DNA of 32,000 bases from Sinorhizobium meliloti (GCF_017876815.1 NZ_JAGIOS010000003.1:1200001-1232000); one strand, 5' to 3'; counted from the stretch's first letter, positions 20,198 to 28,583 are shown. A program made the numbers and translations. The notes: generated by a model not told the origin, from the letters alone.

Positions 20198-20534
20198 TCA
20201 ATGAGTACGGTTAATCGTTGGGGCATAAATATGGCGAAACCAAGATTTATCAAGGTATTCCTGATGAGAAGCCAGAAAATCAACGCGAATTTTTTCAACG
20301 TCTCCGGATTTTACTAGAGTGACGACTTCCCATATTCTTGGTATTTTTCTCACGGATGCCGATAAAGTTTCCTGCTTGGTCATTCAGGATTTTATTTTTA
20401 CTTTGCAGCGGCAGACCGCCGAAAACGCTCTCGGCCACGAGCTTCGCCTCGCGCATGCTGCATGGCTGGGTTGCGAATTCCGCTCTACGATCGGAGCGAG
20501 ACTGTTGTATAGTCAATTCATCGAAGCGATGCAC
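20198..20534 (-). pseudogene. Frameshifted ORF relic of unknown family (weak BrnT/DUF497-like pattern)
   Basis: Two overlapping minus-strand ORFs (20295..20534 and 20198..20383) join at an A5 run (plus-strand T5 at 20344-20348). The joined product is ...REAKLVAESVFGGLPLQSKNKILNDQAGNFIGIREK/IPRIWEVVTLVKSGDVEKIRVDFLASHQEYLDK.... About 38% GC. The family assignment rests only on pattern recollection. Confidence 0.25.
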
Positions 20535-20680
20535 CTCCTCCCGCAGAGCTTCGATATGCGAGCGACCTTTCCTCCTCCCGAGTTCGCTTGCGGGATCAGC
20601 GCTACTCCTCCTCCCGGAATGCTGATCGGTTCTTTTGGAAAAGCCTGCCGCACCTCCTCCCGCGGTAGGCTTTTTCGTTT
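20518..20680 (+). ncRNA. alpha-r14 / 'cuckoo' / NfeR1-like trans-acting sRNA with four CCUCCUCCC anti-SD hairpin loops
   Basis: Exact 10-mer CCTCCTCCCG at 20534, 20571, 20607 and 20653, each in a hairpin loop. Stems: 20521-27/20548-54 (7 bp); 20558-65/20584-91 (8 bp, one GU); 20594-600/20621-27 (7 bp); 20639-50/20663-74 (12 bp, one GU). The last is followed by TTTTTCGTTT, giving an intrinsic terminator. A -10-like TATAGT lies at 20508-20513. Confidence 0.7.
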
Positions 20681-20701
20681 CTGGTCAGCCCGAAGACTGC
20701 G

Positions 20702-21838
20702 TCACAGCGCCAGGGCGAGCTGCGGCTCGCTCCGATCGTCCACCGTATCGAGAGACGAGAGCGTGACCCCGAGCAACCGAATGCCTTTTGGGACTGGAAA
20801 GATTGGTGACAGGAGCAGCTCCGCGATTTCGCGCATTTCTGCGACGCTCGCTATCGGCGCGACGATGGTCTTGCTTCTGGTGATCTGCGTGAAATCTGCC
20901 CACTTCACCTTCAGTGTCATGGTCTTGCCGCGAATGCCGCTGGCTTCACAATAGTGCCAGACCTTGTCGATCAGAGGCTTGAGGCCCGCGCGGGCCGTTT
21001 CAAGATCATGAACATCCTCCCGAAACGTATCCTCGGCGCCGATCGATTTTCGGATGCGGTCGGGCTTGACCTCACGCTCGTCAATGCCGCGGGCGATCCA
21101 GTAGAAATACGGCCCCGACTTGCCGAAATGCTGCTGAAGGAAGGCGAGATCACGGGATTTGAGATCGGCGCCGGTTTCGATCCCAAGCCTTTTCATCTTC
21201 TCGGCCGTTGCCGGTCCGACGCCGTGAAACTTTTTGACAGGAAGCGCCTGCACGAATTCTGGACCGCGCTTCGGCGTGATGACGAACAACCCATCGGGCT
21301 TGCGCTGATCCGACGCCATCTTCGCAAGGAACTTGTTGTAGGAGACGCCGGCGGATGCCGTGAGGTGCGTCTCGGCCTTGATCCTGGTGCGAATCTCTTC
21401 GGCGATCTCGGTTGCGAGCCTCAGTCCCTTCAAGTTCTCGGTGACGTCGAGGTAGGCCTCGTCCAGCGACAATGGTTCGATCAACGGCGTGTATTCGGCG
21501 AAGATCGCCTGGATTTGCCGCGAGACGGCCCGGTAGACGTCGAAGCGGTGCGGAACGAAGATCAGGTCCGGACATTTGCGCTTGGCCGTCACCGAGGGCA
21601 TAGCCGAGTGAACGCCGAACTTGCGCGCCTCGTAGCTTGCGGCCGCCACCACCCCGCGCGCCTCCGGATAACCGACTGCGACCGGTTTGCCTCGAAGCTC
21701 CGGATTGTCGCGCTGCTCAACCGAAGCATAAAATGCGTCCATGTCGATATGGATGATTTTGCGAACGCGGCCGCCGGGGGTGGGGGCAAGTGCCCCACCG
21801 CTCCTGTCACCTTCCTCTGGCTCTCCGCCCACCGGCAT
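20702..21838 (-). CDS. dinB: DNA polymerase IV (Y-family)
   Basis: IIHIDMDAFYASVEQRDNPELRGKPVAV, SLDEAYLDVT and GVSYNKFLAKMASD are all DinB hallmarks. 378 aa. Confidence 0.92.
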   Translation of the reverse strand: MPVGGEPEEGDRSGGALAPTPGGRVRKIIHIDMDAFYASVEQRDNPELRGKPVAVGYPEARGVVAAASYEARKFGVHSAMPSVTAKRKCPDLIFVPHRFDVYRAVSRQIQAIFAEYTPLIEPLSLDEAYLDVTENLKGLRLATEIAEEIRTRIKAETHLTASAGVSYNKFLAKMASDQRKPDGLFVITPKRGPEFVQALPVKKFHGVGPATAEKMKRLGIETGADLKSRDLAFLQQHFGKSGPYFYWIARGIDEREVKPDRIRKSIGAEDTFREDVHDLETARAGLKPLIDKVWHYCEASGIRGKTMTLKVKWADFTQITRSKTIVAPIASVAEMREIAELLLSPIFPVPKGIRLLGVTLSSLDTVDDRSEPQLALAL

Positions 21839-21995
21839 TCATTTCCTCTCGCTATAGCGCTGTCTATTCTACCCGAACCTCCATCGCCTTCTTAGCCGTA
21901 AAGTTGCTCGAAATAGATGTGGACGACCGCCACTCCAAAGGAGTTGCCGAGGGCGTGTGGAGACGAGCACCACGCGTCCTCGGCCTATCGCTGTT

Positions 21996-24197
21996 TTAGC
22001 TGATTTCCGGAAGCTCGTTGATCAGCTTGTCGAGCGTGATGGGATACTGCCGTACCCTTATGGCGGTCGCATTGTAGATAGCGTTCGCGACAGCTGCCGC
22101 GACACCGCAGATCCCGAGCTCGGCGATACCCTTGGCCTTCATCGGCGAGGACATCGGGTCGGTCTCGTTGAGGAAGACGACCTCCTGATGCGGAATGTCG
22201 GCGTGCACTGGCACCTCGTAAGCGGCGAGATCGTGATTGACGAAGAAGCCGCGCTCCTTGTCGACGACGAGCTCCTCCGACAGGGCGCCGCCGACGCCCA
22301 TTGTCATCGCACCGATCACCTGGCTGCGTGCGGTGATCGGATTGAGGATCCGGCCGGCGGCGCAGACCGCCAGCATTCGCCGGATCCGTGTCTCTCCTGT
22401 TGCGACATCGACCGCGACCTCGACGAAATGAGCGCCGAAGGTGGATTGCTGATGGGTCTTGGTGAGGTCACCAAATTCTATCTGGTCCTCCGCCACGAGC
22501 CCCTCATCGCCGGCAGCTTGCGCGAGCGGCATGCGCCGGTCTCCCGACCGGACTTCACCTTCTGCGAAGATCAGGTCGTCGGCGCTGTTGAAACCGAGCT
22601 TCTGCGCCACGGCTTCCCGCAGCTTGGCGCAGGCCGCGTATACGCCGGCGGTGGAGCAGTTTCCTCCGAACTGCCCGCCCGAACCCGAGGAAACAGGGAA
22701 GCGCGAATCTCCCAGGCTTACGGCGACCTTCTCGATCGGGACACCAAGCATTTCGGCCGCCGTCTGGGCGATGATCGTGTAACTGCCCGTGCCGATATCG
22801 GTCATATCGGTCTCGACGGTGACGATGCCCTCGCGGTCGAGCCGGACGCGGGCGCCGGAGTTCAGCACAAGATTGTTGCGGAAGGCCGCGGCCACTCCCA
22901 TGCCGATCAGCCAGTTTCCTTCGCGCCGAGCGCCAGGTTGCTTGCTCCGGTCTCGCCAGCCGAAGCGCTCCGCGCCGGTGCGCAGGCAGCCGACGAGATT
23001 GCGGTGCGAGAAGGGCCGTTCGGGCTTCTCCGGGTCGACCTGGGTGTCGTTGATGATCCGGAATTCGACGGGATCGAGACCCAACCTTTCGGCCATTTCG
23101 TCGATGGCGATCTCCAGCGCCATCATGCCGGGCGCCTCGCCGGGAGCGCGCATCGCGTTTCCTTCTGGAAGATCGAGTGTCGCAAGCCGCATGGCTGTCA
23201 TCCGGTTCTCGCCGGCATAAAGCAGGCGAGTCTGCTGGACGGCCACTTCGGGACCACCGCCCGGAAGGTCCCCGGACCAGCTTTCATGCGCGATCGCCGT
23301 GATCTTGCCGTCGCGCCCTGCACCGATTCTGATCCTCTGGATCGTCGCCGGGCGATGTGTGGTGTTGTTCATCAGGAAGGGGCGGGGGAGGGCGACCTTT
23401 ACGGGGCGCTTTGCTTCACGCGCGGCAAGCGCCGCCAACACCGCATCCGCGCGCAGGAACAGCTTCACCCCGAAGCCTCCACCAATGAACGGCGACATGA
23501 GATGCACCTTGTCCTTGTCGATCCCAAGCGTCGTCGCGAGGTCAGTCCGCCACCAGTCGATCATCTGGCTCGATGTCCAGACCGTCAGGTCGTCGCCGTT
23601 CCACGCGGCGATGGAAGCGTGCGGCTCCATCATGGCATGCGACTGGTCCGGGGTGGTATAGATCTGGTCTAACTTGACGGGGGCTGCTTCGAAGGCGGCA
23701 TCAAAGTCGCCCGCCCCGGAGTCTCCGCCGCCTTCCGGCTCGACAGCGCTGTCCTTCGCCGCGGCCAGATCGAAGGCGCCTTTTTCCTCGGCATAATCGA
23801 CCTTGACGAGCGCGGCGGCGGCGCGGGCCTCCTCGAATGTTTCGGCGACCACGACGGCGATCGCCTGGTGGTAGTGCTGAATTTCGGTGCCGCCGAAGAG
23901 CTTGGCGGTGTTATATTTGCCCTTCTTCAGTTCCCCCACGCCATCGGAGGTGACGACCGCTATCACGCCGGGAGCATTCCTCGCGGCCGCGACATCCATC
24001 GACCTGATCCGGCCCTTGGCGATTGCCGAACCGACGATATAGCCATAGGCATAGCGGGTATTCGGATCATGCCACTCATAGGCATAAATTGCTTTGCCGG
24101 TGGTCTTGAGCGGACCGTCGATGCGGGTGATGGGCTTGCCGATTACCTTGCCCTGATCAATCGGGTTCGTCGTTGCTGGTGTGTCGAATCTCATCAT
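21996..24197 (-). CDS. Xanthine dehydrogenase-family molybdopterin-binding subunit (PaoC/YagR-like)
   Basis: Starts at MMRFDTPATTNPIDQGKVIGKPITRIDGPLKTTGKAIYAYEW, 733 aa, with an AAGGGA RBS. The track ORF (819 aa) runs upstream into the FAD-subunit gene. The start is 1 nt after the FAD-subunit stop. Confidence 0.9.
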   Translation of the reverse strand: MMRFDTPATTNPIDQGKVIGKPITRIDGPLKTTGKAIYAYEWHDPNTRYAYGYIVGSAIAKGRIRSMDVAAARNAPGVIAVVTSDGVGELKKGKYNTAKLFGGTEIQHYHQAIAVVVAETFEEARAAAALVKVDYAEEKGAFDLAAAKDSAVEPEGGGDSGAGDFDAAFEAAPVKLDQIYTTPDQSHAMMEPHASIAAWNGDDLTVWTSSQMIDWWRTDLATTLGIDKDKVHLMSPFIGGGFGVKLFLRADAVLAALAAREAKRPVKVALPRPFLMNNTTHRPATIQRIRIGAGRDGKITAIAHESWSGDLPGGGPEVAVQQTRLLYAGENRMTAMRLATLDLPEGNAMRAPGEAPGMMALEIAIDEMAERLGLDPVEFRIINDTQVDPEKPERPFSHRNLVGCLRTGAERFGWRDRSKQPGARREGNWLIGMGVAAAFRNNLVLNSGARVRLDREGIVTVETDMTDIGTGSYTIIAQTAAEMLGVPIEKVAVSLGDSRFPVSSGSGGQFGGNCSTAGVYAACAKLREAVAQKLGFNSADDLIFAEGEVRSGDRRMPLAQAAGDEGLVAEDQIEFGDLTKTHQQSTFGAHFVEVAVDVATGETRIRRMLAVCAAGRILNPITARSQVIGAMTMGVGGALSEELVVDKERGFFVNHDLAAYEVPVHADIPHQEVVFLNETDPMSSPMKAKGIAELGICGVAAAVANAIYNATAIRVRQYPITLDKLINELPEIS

Positions 24198-24198
24198 C

Positions 24199-25149
24199 TC
24201 ATCCCTTCGCTTCGACAAGAACCGCGCGCAGCGCGCGTTCGACAAGCGTGAGCTTGAAGGCGTTCTGTTCCGTCGGGCGGGCACCGGCAAGAAGCATTGC
24301 GGCCACCGCCTTTGCTCCGTTCGCCAGCTCCTTTTCGGCCGCCTCGTCACGCCATGGTTTCGGCGCGATACCGCCAACGGCGACGCGGCCAGTCCCATCC
24401 GGCTGCACGACGGCGCCGACGGAGACGAGCGCAAAGGCGTAGGAGGCCCGGTCACGAACTTTGCGATAGATCTGCTTGCCGCCAGCCGGCTTCGGCAGGA
24501 CGACCGCGGTGATCAACTCGCCTCGCTCAAGGACATGTTCGATATGCGGCGTGTCACCGGGCAGGCGATGAAGATCTCCCATCGGGATGCTGCGCGTCGT
24601 GCCGTCGGCTCGCACGGTCTCCACGACGGCGTCGAGGGCGCGCATGGCGACCGCCATGTCGCTCGGGTGGCTGGCAATGCAGGCATCGCTGACGCCAACC
24701 ACCGCAAGCTGGCGGCTGAAGCCGGCGAGAGCCGAACAGCCGCTGCCCGGTTGCCTCTTATTGCACGGCTGGTTGGTATCGTAGAAATACGGACAGCGGG
24801 TGCGTTGAAGCAGATTGCCCGCGGTCGTCGCCCTGTTGCGCAACTGTCCCGATGCCCCCGCGAGCAGGGCGCGCGACAGAAGAGCGTAATCACGGCGGAC
24901 CCGTTCGTCGGCGGCAAGATCCGTATTGCGGACCAGGGCGCCGATACGCAGACCCCCTTCCCGCGTAGCTTCGATCCTGTCCAGACCCAGTCCGTTGACA
25001 TCTACGAGATGTGTCGGCGTCTCGATCTCCAGCTTCATCAGATCCAGGAGATTGGTGCCGCCGGCGATGAATTTCGCGCCATCTGTGGCGGCCGCGGCCC
25101 GCGCCGCCGCTTCGATCGACGAGACGCGCTCGTAACTGAAAGCTTTCAT
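24199..25149 (-). CDS. Xanthine dehydrogenase-family FAD-binding subunit (PaoB/YagS-like)
   Basis: [43 protein letters not shown] (CO-dehydrogenase flavoprotein fold). GGGAGGAAGG RBS. ATGA overlap with the FeS-subunit stop at 25146-25149. Confidence 0.88.
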   Translation of the reverse strand: MKAFSYERVSSIEAAARAAAATDGAKFIAGGTNLLDLMKLEIETPTHLVDVNGLGLDRIEATREGGLRIGALVRNTDLAADERVRRDYALLSRALLAGASGQLRNRATTAGNLLQRTRCPYFYDTNQPCNKRQPGSGCSALAGFSRQLAVVGVSDACIASHPSDMAVAMRALDAVVETVRADGTTRSIPMGDLHRLPGDTPHIEHVLERGELITAVVLPKPAGGKQIYRKVRDRASYAFALVSVGAVVQPDGTGRVAVGGIAPKPWRDEAAEKELANGAKAVAAMLLAGARPTEQNAFKLTLVERALRAVLVEAKG

Positions 25150-25781
25150 GCCTTCCTCCCAGCGACTTCTGTGATGGCTTCGACGATGTTCGAATAGGCG
25201 CCGCAACGACAGATATTGCCGCTCATGCGCTCGCGGATCTCGGCGGGCGTGATTTCGGCCGGCGCCGTGAGATCCACGGTCACATGGCTTGGAATATTGG
25301 CCTTGATTTCATTGAGCATTGCAACGGAGGAACAGATCTGGCCGGGCGTGCAGTAGCCACACTGGAACCCGTCGTGTTTGACAAAGGCGGCCTGCATCGG
25401 ATGGAGGTTCTCCGGCTGCCCCAAGCCTTCGAGCGTGGTGATGCTGTCGCCCTCGTGCATGATGGCGAGCGTCAGGCACGCGTTGACGCGGCGGCCTTCA
25501 ATGAGAACCGTGCACGCTCCGCACTGACCGTGGTCGCACCCCTTCTTGGTACCCGTCAAATGCAGATGCTCGCGCAGCGCGTCGAGAAGCGTCGTTCGGT
25601 TATCGAGCTGAAGCTCCCGGCGTTCGTCGTTCACCGTGAATGTGACCTTCGTGCTCTGGGGTGCGGTGGAGGCATTGGTCTGCGCGTGACCGAGCGAGTG
25701 TGCGCTCACCACTGTCACGGTAGCGGCCGAGGCGGCGAGCAGGTCGCGCCGCGAGATTTCAAGTGCGCCAGGACTTTGCAT
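25146..25781 (-). CDS. (2Fe-2S)-binding subunit with twin-arginine signal (PaoA/YagT-like)
   Basis: [33 protein letters not shown] signal, then [11 protein letters not shown] and CGYCTPGQ / CRCGAY cluster motifs. The ATG at 25781 has GGAG 6 nt upstream; an alternative ATG lies at 25793. Confidence 0.88.
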   Translation of the reverse strand: MQSPGALEISRRDLLAASAATVTVVSAHSLGHAQTNASTAPQSTKVTFTVNDERRELQLDNRTTLLDALREHLHLTGTKKGCDHGQCGACTVLIEGRRVNACLTLAIMHEGDSITTLEGLGQPENLHPMQAAFVKHDGFQCGYCTPGQICSSVAMLNEIKANIPSHVTVDLTAPAEITPAEIRERMSGNICRCGAYSNIVEAITEVAGRKA

Positions 25782-26094
25782 ATCCAACTCCATGTCTTGA
25801 TGACGAAAGGTCTAAAGCGCGTCGCATCCCTAGGATTTATACGCCGCGCTTTAGGTCTTGTTGTGCATGCCGTAGTCGCAAAAACCGCTGCACACCTCTG
25901 GCGACATGCATTGGGACCAAGCGGCCGTGAGCCGCGAACGCGCAACAACCAAGCCCGAGAAATGATCCGGCAGGCGCGTTCACAAGTGAGTTAGGGCGGG
26001 TAGCGCGTGTGACTACCGTCCCGATCCCGATAAGGCCTATGAACGGAGTTCATGAATGGCGGCATTGAAGCAGGCGCCTTCCTAGAAGACGCGA

Positions 26095-26134
26095 CTTGAC
26101 GAAATGGGCATCATGTAACATAGGTTGTTACATG
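26095..26134 (+). promoter_or_regulatory. CTTGAC -35 plus 9-bp-arm palindrome CATGTAACA-N5-TGTTACATG overlapping the methyltransferase start codon
   Basis: CTTGAC at 26095-26100. Perfect inverted repeat at 26112-26120 / 26126-26134. The right arm ends in the ATG (26132-26134). Confidence 0.4.
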
Positions 26135-26833
26135 AGTGAGAGTGACCGCAGAATGAGATTTCCCAGCGTCAATGGTCCAGCTTTTACCGCGGCGCATGCC
26201 AGTTCGTACGTCGAAGGGACGTCGAGGAAAGTACCTGGGTTGGCCGCTCTCCATCGCATGACGTCGATGTTGGTCGCGGAACGTGCGCCGGTGCAAGCGC
26301 GAGTTTTGGTGCTCGGCGCCGGCGGCGGTATGGAGCTCAAAGCTCTCGCCGACGAGAATTCAGATTGGAGTTTTTGCGGCATTGACCCGTCGGCGGACAT
26401 GCTTCGTGTCGCAGAACAGACGGTGGGACCCCATTTGCCGCGTGTCCATCTGCAGCAGGGCTACATAGGCGCCGCACCGGAGGGGCCGTTCGACGCGGCT
26501 GTCTGCCTGCTCACGCTCCACTTTGTTGGTCGCGCTCAACGTCTCGACACACTCGAACAGATTCGTCGCCGTTTGGTGCCGGGCGCTCCGTTCGTCGTCG
26601 CGCACATTAGTTTCCCGCAATCGGAACCCGAGCGCTCGACCTGGATCGCCCGTCACGTCGCGTTCGGCGGAACAGCCTCCGGCGAAGCTGAAAGTGCAAG
26701 ACAGGCGATCGCCACGAAGTTATCGGTTCTCTCGCCAGAGGAGGACGAGGCGGTGCTTCGCAAGGCGGGCTTCTCGGATGTTCGCTTGTTCTATGCGGCT
26801 ATGACCTTCAGGGGCTGGGTGGGATACGCCTGA
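26132..26833 (+). CDS. Class I SAM-dependent methyltransferase
   Basis: Motif I VLVLGAGGGMEL, then CGIDPSADML and FDAAVCLLTLHF. The track ORF starts at TTG 26096; ATG 26132 is the first ATG in frame. Confidence 0.8.
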   Translation: MSESDRRMRFPSVNGPAFTAAHASSYVEGTSRKVPGLAALHRMTSMLVAERAPVQARVLVLGAGGGMELKALADENSDWSFCGIDPSADMLRVAEQTVGPHLPRVHLQQGYIGAAPEGPFDAAVCLLTLHFVGRAQRLDTLEQIRRRLVPGAPFVVAHISFPQSEPERSTWIARHVAFGGTASGEAESARQAIATKLSVLSPEEDEAVLRKAGFSDVRLFYAAMTFRGWVGYA

Positions 26834-26854
26834 ATTCTCAACATCCTGCAGTGC

Positions 26855-27184
26855 TCATGGTTTCCCCGTCCGGCGCCCGCGAGAGAAGATCATACCGGCG
26901 TGATGCAGAACGCCGTCGATAAAATCTCCATCCGCGGTAAAGCCGGTATCGTCCCAATAATCGATATGCGTGCCCATCACTTGGTAGCGTCCCTCATAGG
27001 CGCGCTCACGCGTACCGCGGGCCTCGATATAGCGACCATTCGGCAGGAGCTCATGGCGGATGTAACTGTCTTCTGTGACCCAAAGGCCGACATAGGGGTG
27101 ATTGGCCTGCATTTCGGCTTCCTCGGCTTTTACGGATTGGCATAGGAGTGCGGCGGTCATCAAGGTCGCAAAGGTACGCTGCAC
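26855..27184 (-). CDS. Atu4866-domain protein with signal peptide
   Basis: HPYVGLWVTEDSYIRHELLPNGRYIEARG...YWDDTGFTADGDFIDGVLHHAGMIF matches the Atu4866 family as I recall it. GTG start at 27184 has GAGGAG 6 nt upstream, giving the signal VQRTFATLMTAALLCQSVKA. Confidence 0.7.
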   Translation of the reverse strand: MQRTFATLMTAALLCQSVKAEEAEMQANHPYVGLWVTEDSYIRHELLPNGRYIEARGTRERAYEGRYQVMGTHIDYWDDTGFTADGDFIDGVLHHAGMIFSRGRRTGKP

Positions 27185-27273
27185 GGCGATCTCCTCGTGA
27201 TCGGTGATTGCGGGATTATGCTGCGGCTGCGCAGGGCCGAAACAGACATTTCGGTTCCGGCCCCGACCAGCGG

Positions 27274-27804
27274 TCATTGGGAACGCGGCTCGTTGTTGTC
27301 GACAACCGCGTGATAGGCGGCGAGATCGAGAAAAGCTTCGGCCTCGACCACCGCTCCGTTCTTCATCAGGAATATCCAGACGAACTTATTTCTGTAAGGC
27401 GCTCCCGAAGTCGTGGTTGCCGATCCGTCGAACCGGACGATGACCGTGTCTCCATCGGCCCAGATATGATGCACCCTTGGCACCAGAGGGGTTGCGAGAC
27501 GGCTGATCAGGGGAGCCGAGGCCCGCTCGACGAAATCCTCGACGCCACGGTAAGTGCCGGCCACGGGAGCGGAACCGTGGATTGTCCAGACGACATCTGG
27601 CGCGAGAAGCTCTGCAAAGATGTTGCCGTCTGCTCGCCACTTATCGAATGCCGCGCGCACGGTGGTTATATTCTGCGCCTCGATATCGGCCGTTGGCGCG
27701 ATGGTATCGGCATGCGCCGGTCCCATGCTGGCCCCAACCGCCGAGGCGATCAGCAGCTTGCGGCCGCCGCCGGCGAGGCGATCTGTCATTAAGGAAAAGA
27801 TCAT
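27274..27804 (-). CDS. NTF2/SnoaL-like fold protein with signal peptide
   Basis: MIFSLMTDRLAGGGRKLLIASAVGASMGPAHA signal, then an approximately 140-aa alpha+beta domain (NITTVRAAFDKWRADGNIFAELLAPDVVWTIHG...WADGDTVIVRFDG...FLMKNGAVVEAEAFLD). Confidence 0.65.
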   Translation of the reverse strand: MIFSLMTDRLAGGGRKLLIASAVGASMGPAHADTIAPTADIEAQNITTVRAAFDKWRADGNIFAELLAPDVVWTIHGSAPVAGTYRGVEDFVERASAPLISRLATPLVPRVHHIWADGDTVIVRFDGSATTTSGAPYRNKFVWIFLMKNGAVVEAEAFLDLAAYHAVVDNNEPRSQ

Positions 27805-27860
27805 GGAATATTCCTTTCGTCGGGACGCGGGAAAAAGCCCCGAGATCGGTTCGCGCCGGG

Positions 27861-28583
27861 TCAATTGCCCGATGCGGTCGGTCTGATCGTGATCTCGGTG
27901 GTGTCCACGCTCTGCGGGGCCTCGATCACCTGCCGGACCGCACGGGCGATGTCGGCAGGCTGAAGCGCGATGGCGCGATAGGTGTCCATCGCCGCCATGG
28001 TCTCCTCGTGGGTGATGGTTCCAGCAAGTTCGCTTTCGACGACGCCGGGATTGACGCAGGTGACGCGGATATTGGTACTCTCCTGGCGCAGTCCGTCAGA
28101 GATCGCGCGGACTGCGAACTTCGTTGCGCAATATACCGCGGCTGTGGGTACGACCGACAGCGCTCCGATCGAGCCGATATTGATGATCTGCCCGCTACGC
28201 TGTGCCTCCATGATTGGCAATACGGCCCCGATGCCCCAAAGCACGCCCTTGATGTTCACGTCGATCATGCGCTCCCACTCGTCCACCTTAACTGCGGCAA
28301 GCGGCGAGAGCGGCATGACGCCGGCATTGTTCACCAGGACGTCGATGCGTCCCCAAGTGTCGACCGCGGCCTGCGCAAAGGCTGCCATGGAGTGACGGTC
28401 GGTCACGTCCAGCACCTGCGCCAGGGCGGTACCTCCTGCGTCTCGAATCTCCGTGGCAATGGCCTCGATACGGGCCTGGCGGCGTGCACCCAACAATATT
28501 TTCCCACCGGCGGCGCCAAGCTCTCGAGCGATGCCCTCGCCGATGCCGCTGGAGGCGCCAGTGATCAGAATGACCTTGTCCAT
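27861..28583 (-). CDS. Short-chain dehydrogenase/reductase (SDR)
   Basis: MDKVILITGASSGIGEGIA (TGxxxGxG), NNAG, and catalytic Y-x3-K (YCATKFAV). GGAG RBS. 240 aa. Confidence 0.9.
   Translation of the reverse strand: MDKVILITGASSGIGEGIARELGAAGGKILLGARRQARIEAIATEIRDAGGTALAQVLDVTDRHSMAAFAQAAVDTWGRIDVLVNNAGVMPLSPLAAVKVDEWERMIDVNIKGVLWGIGAVLPIMEAQRSGQIINIGSIGALSVVPTAAVYCATKFAVRAISDGLRQESTNIRVTCVNPGVVESELAGTITHEETMAAMDTYRAIALQPADIARAVRQVIEAPQSVDTTEITIRPTASGN

Noticed and set aside
20534-20662. Reading the four GGGAGGAGG (minus-strand) copies as real Shine-Dalgarno sites or as a coding repeat
   Set aside because: No start codon lies 5-10 nt downstream of any copy on the minus strand; the only nearby ATG opens a 2-codon ORF. 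The spacings of 37, 36 and 46 nt are not in a common frame. The hairpin-loop placement on the plus strand explains them better.
20319-20954. 211-aa plus-strand ORF spanning the sRNA region and the dinB 3' end
   Set aside because: It runs through four hairpins and a terminator and is antisense to dinB. No homology pattern.
21839-21995. SOS (LexA) box upstream of dinB
   Set aside because: I looked for the alphaproteobacterial GTTC-N7-GTTC / GAAC-N7-GAAC direct repeat on both strands and found only a single GAAC. The palindrome CGCTATAGCG (21850-21859) is present but does not match the LexA motif.
21957-23672. 571-aa plus-strand ORF
   Set aside because: It is antisense to the molybdopterin-subunit gene. 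No motifs; high-GC shadow frame.
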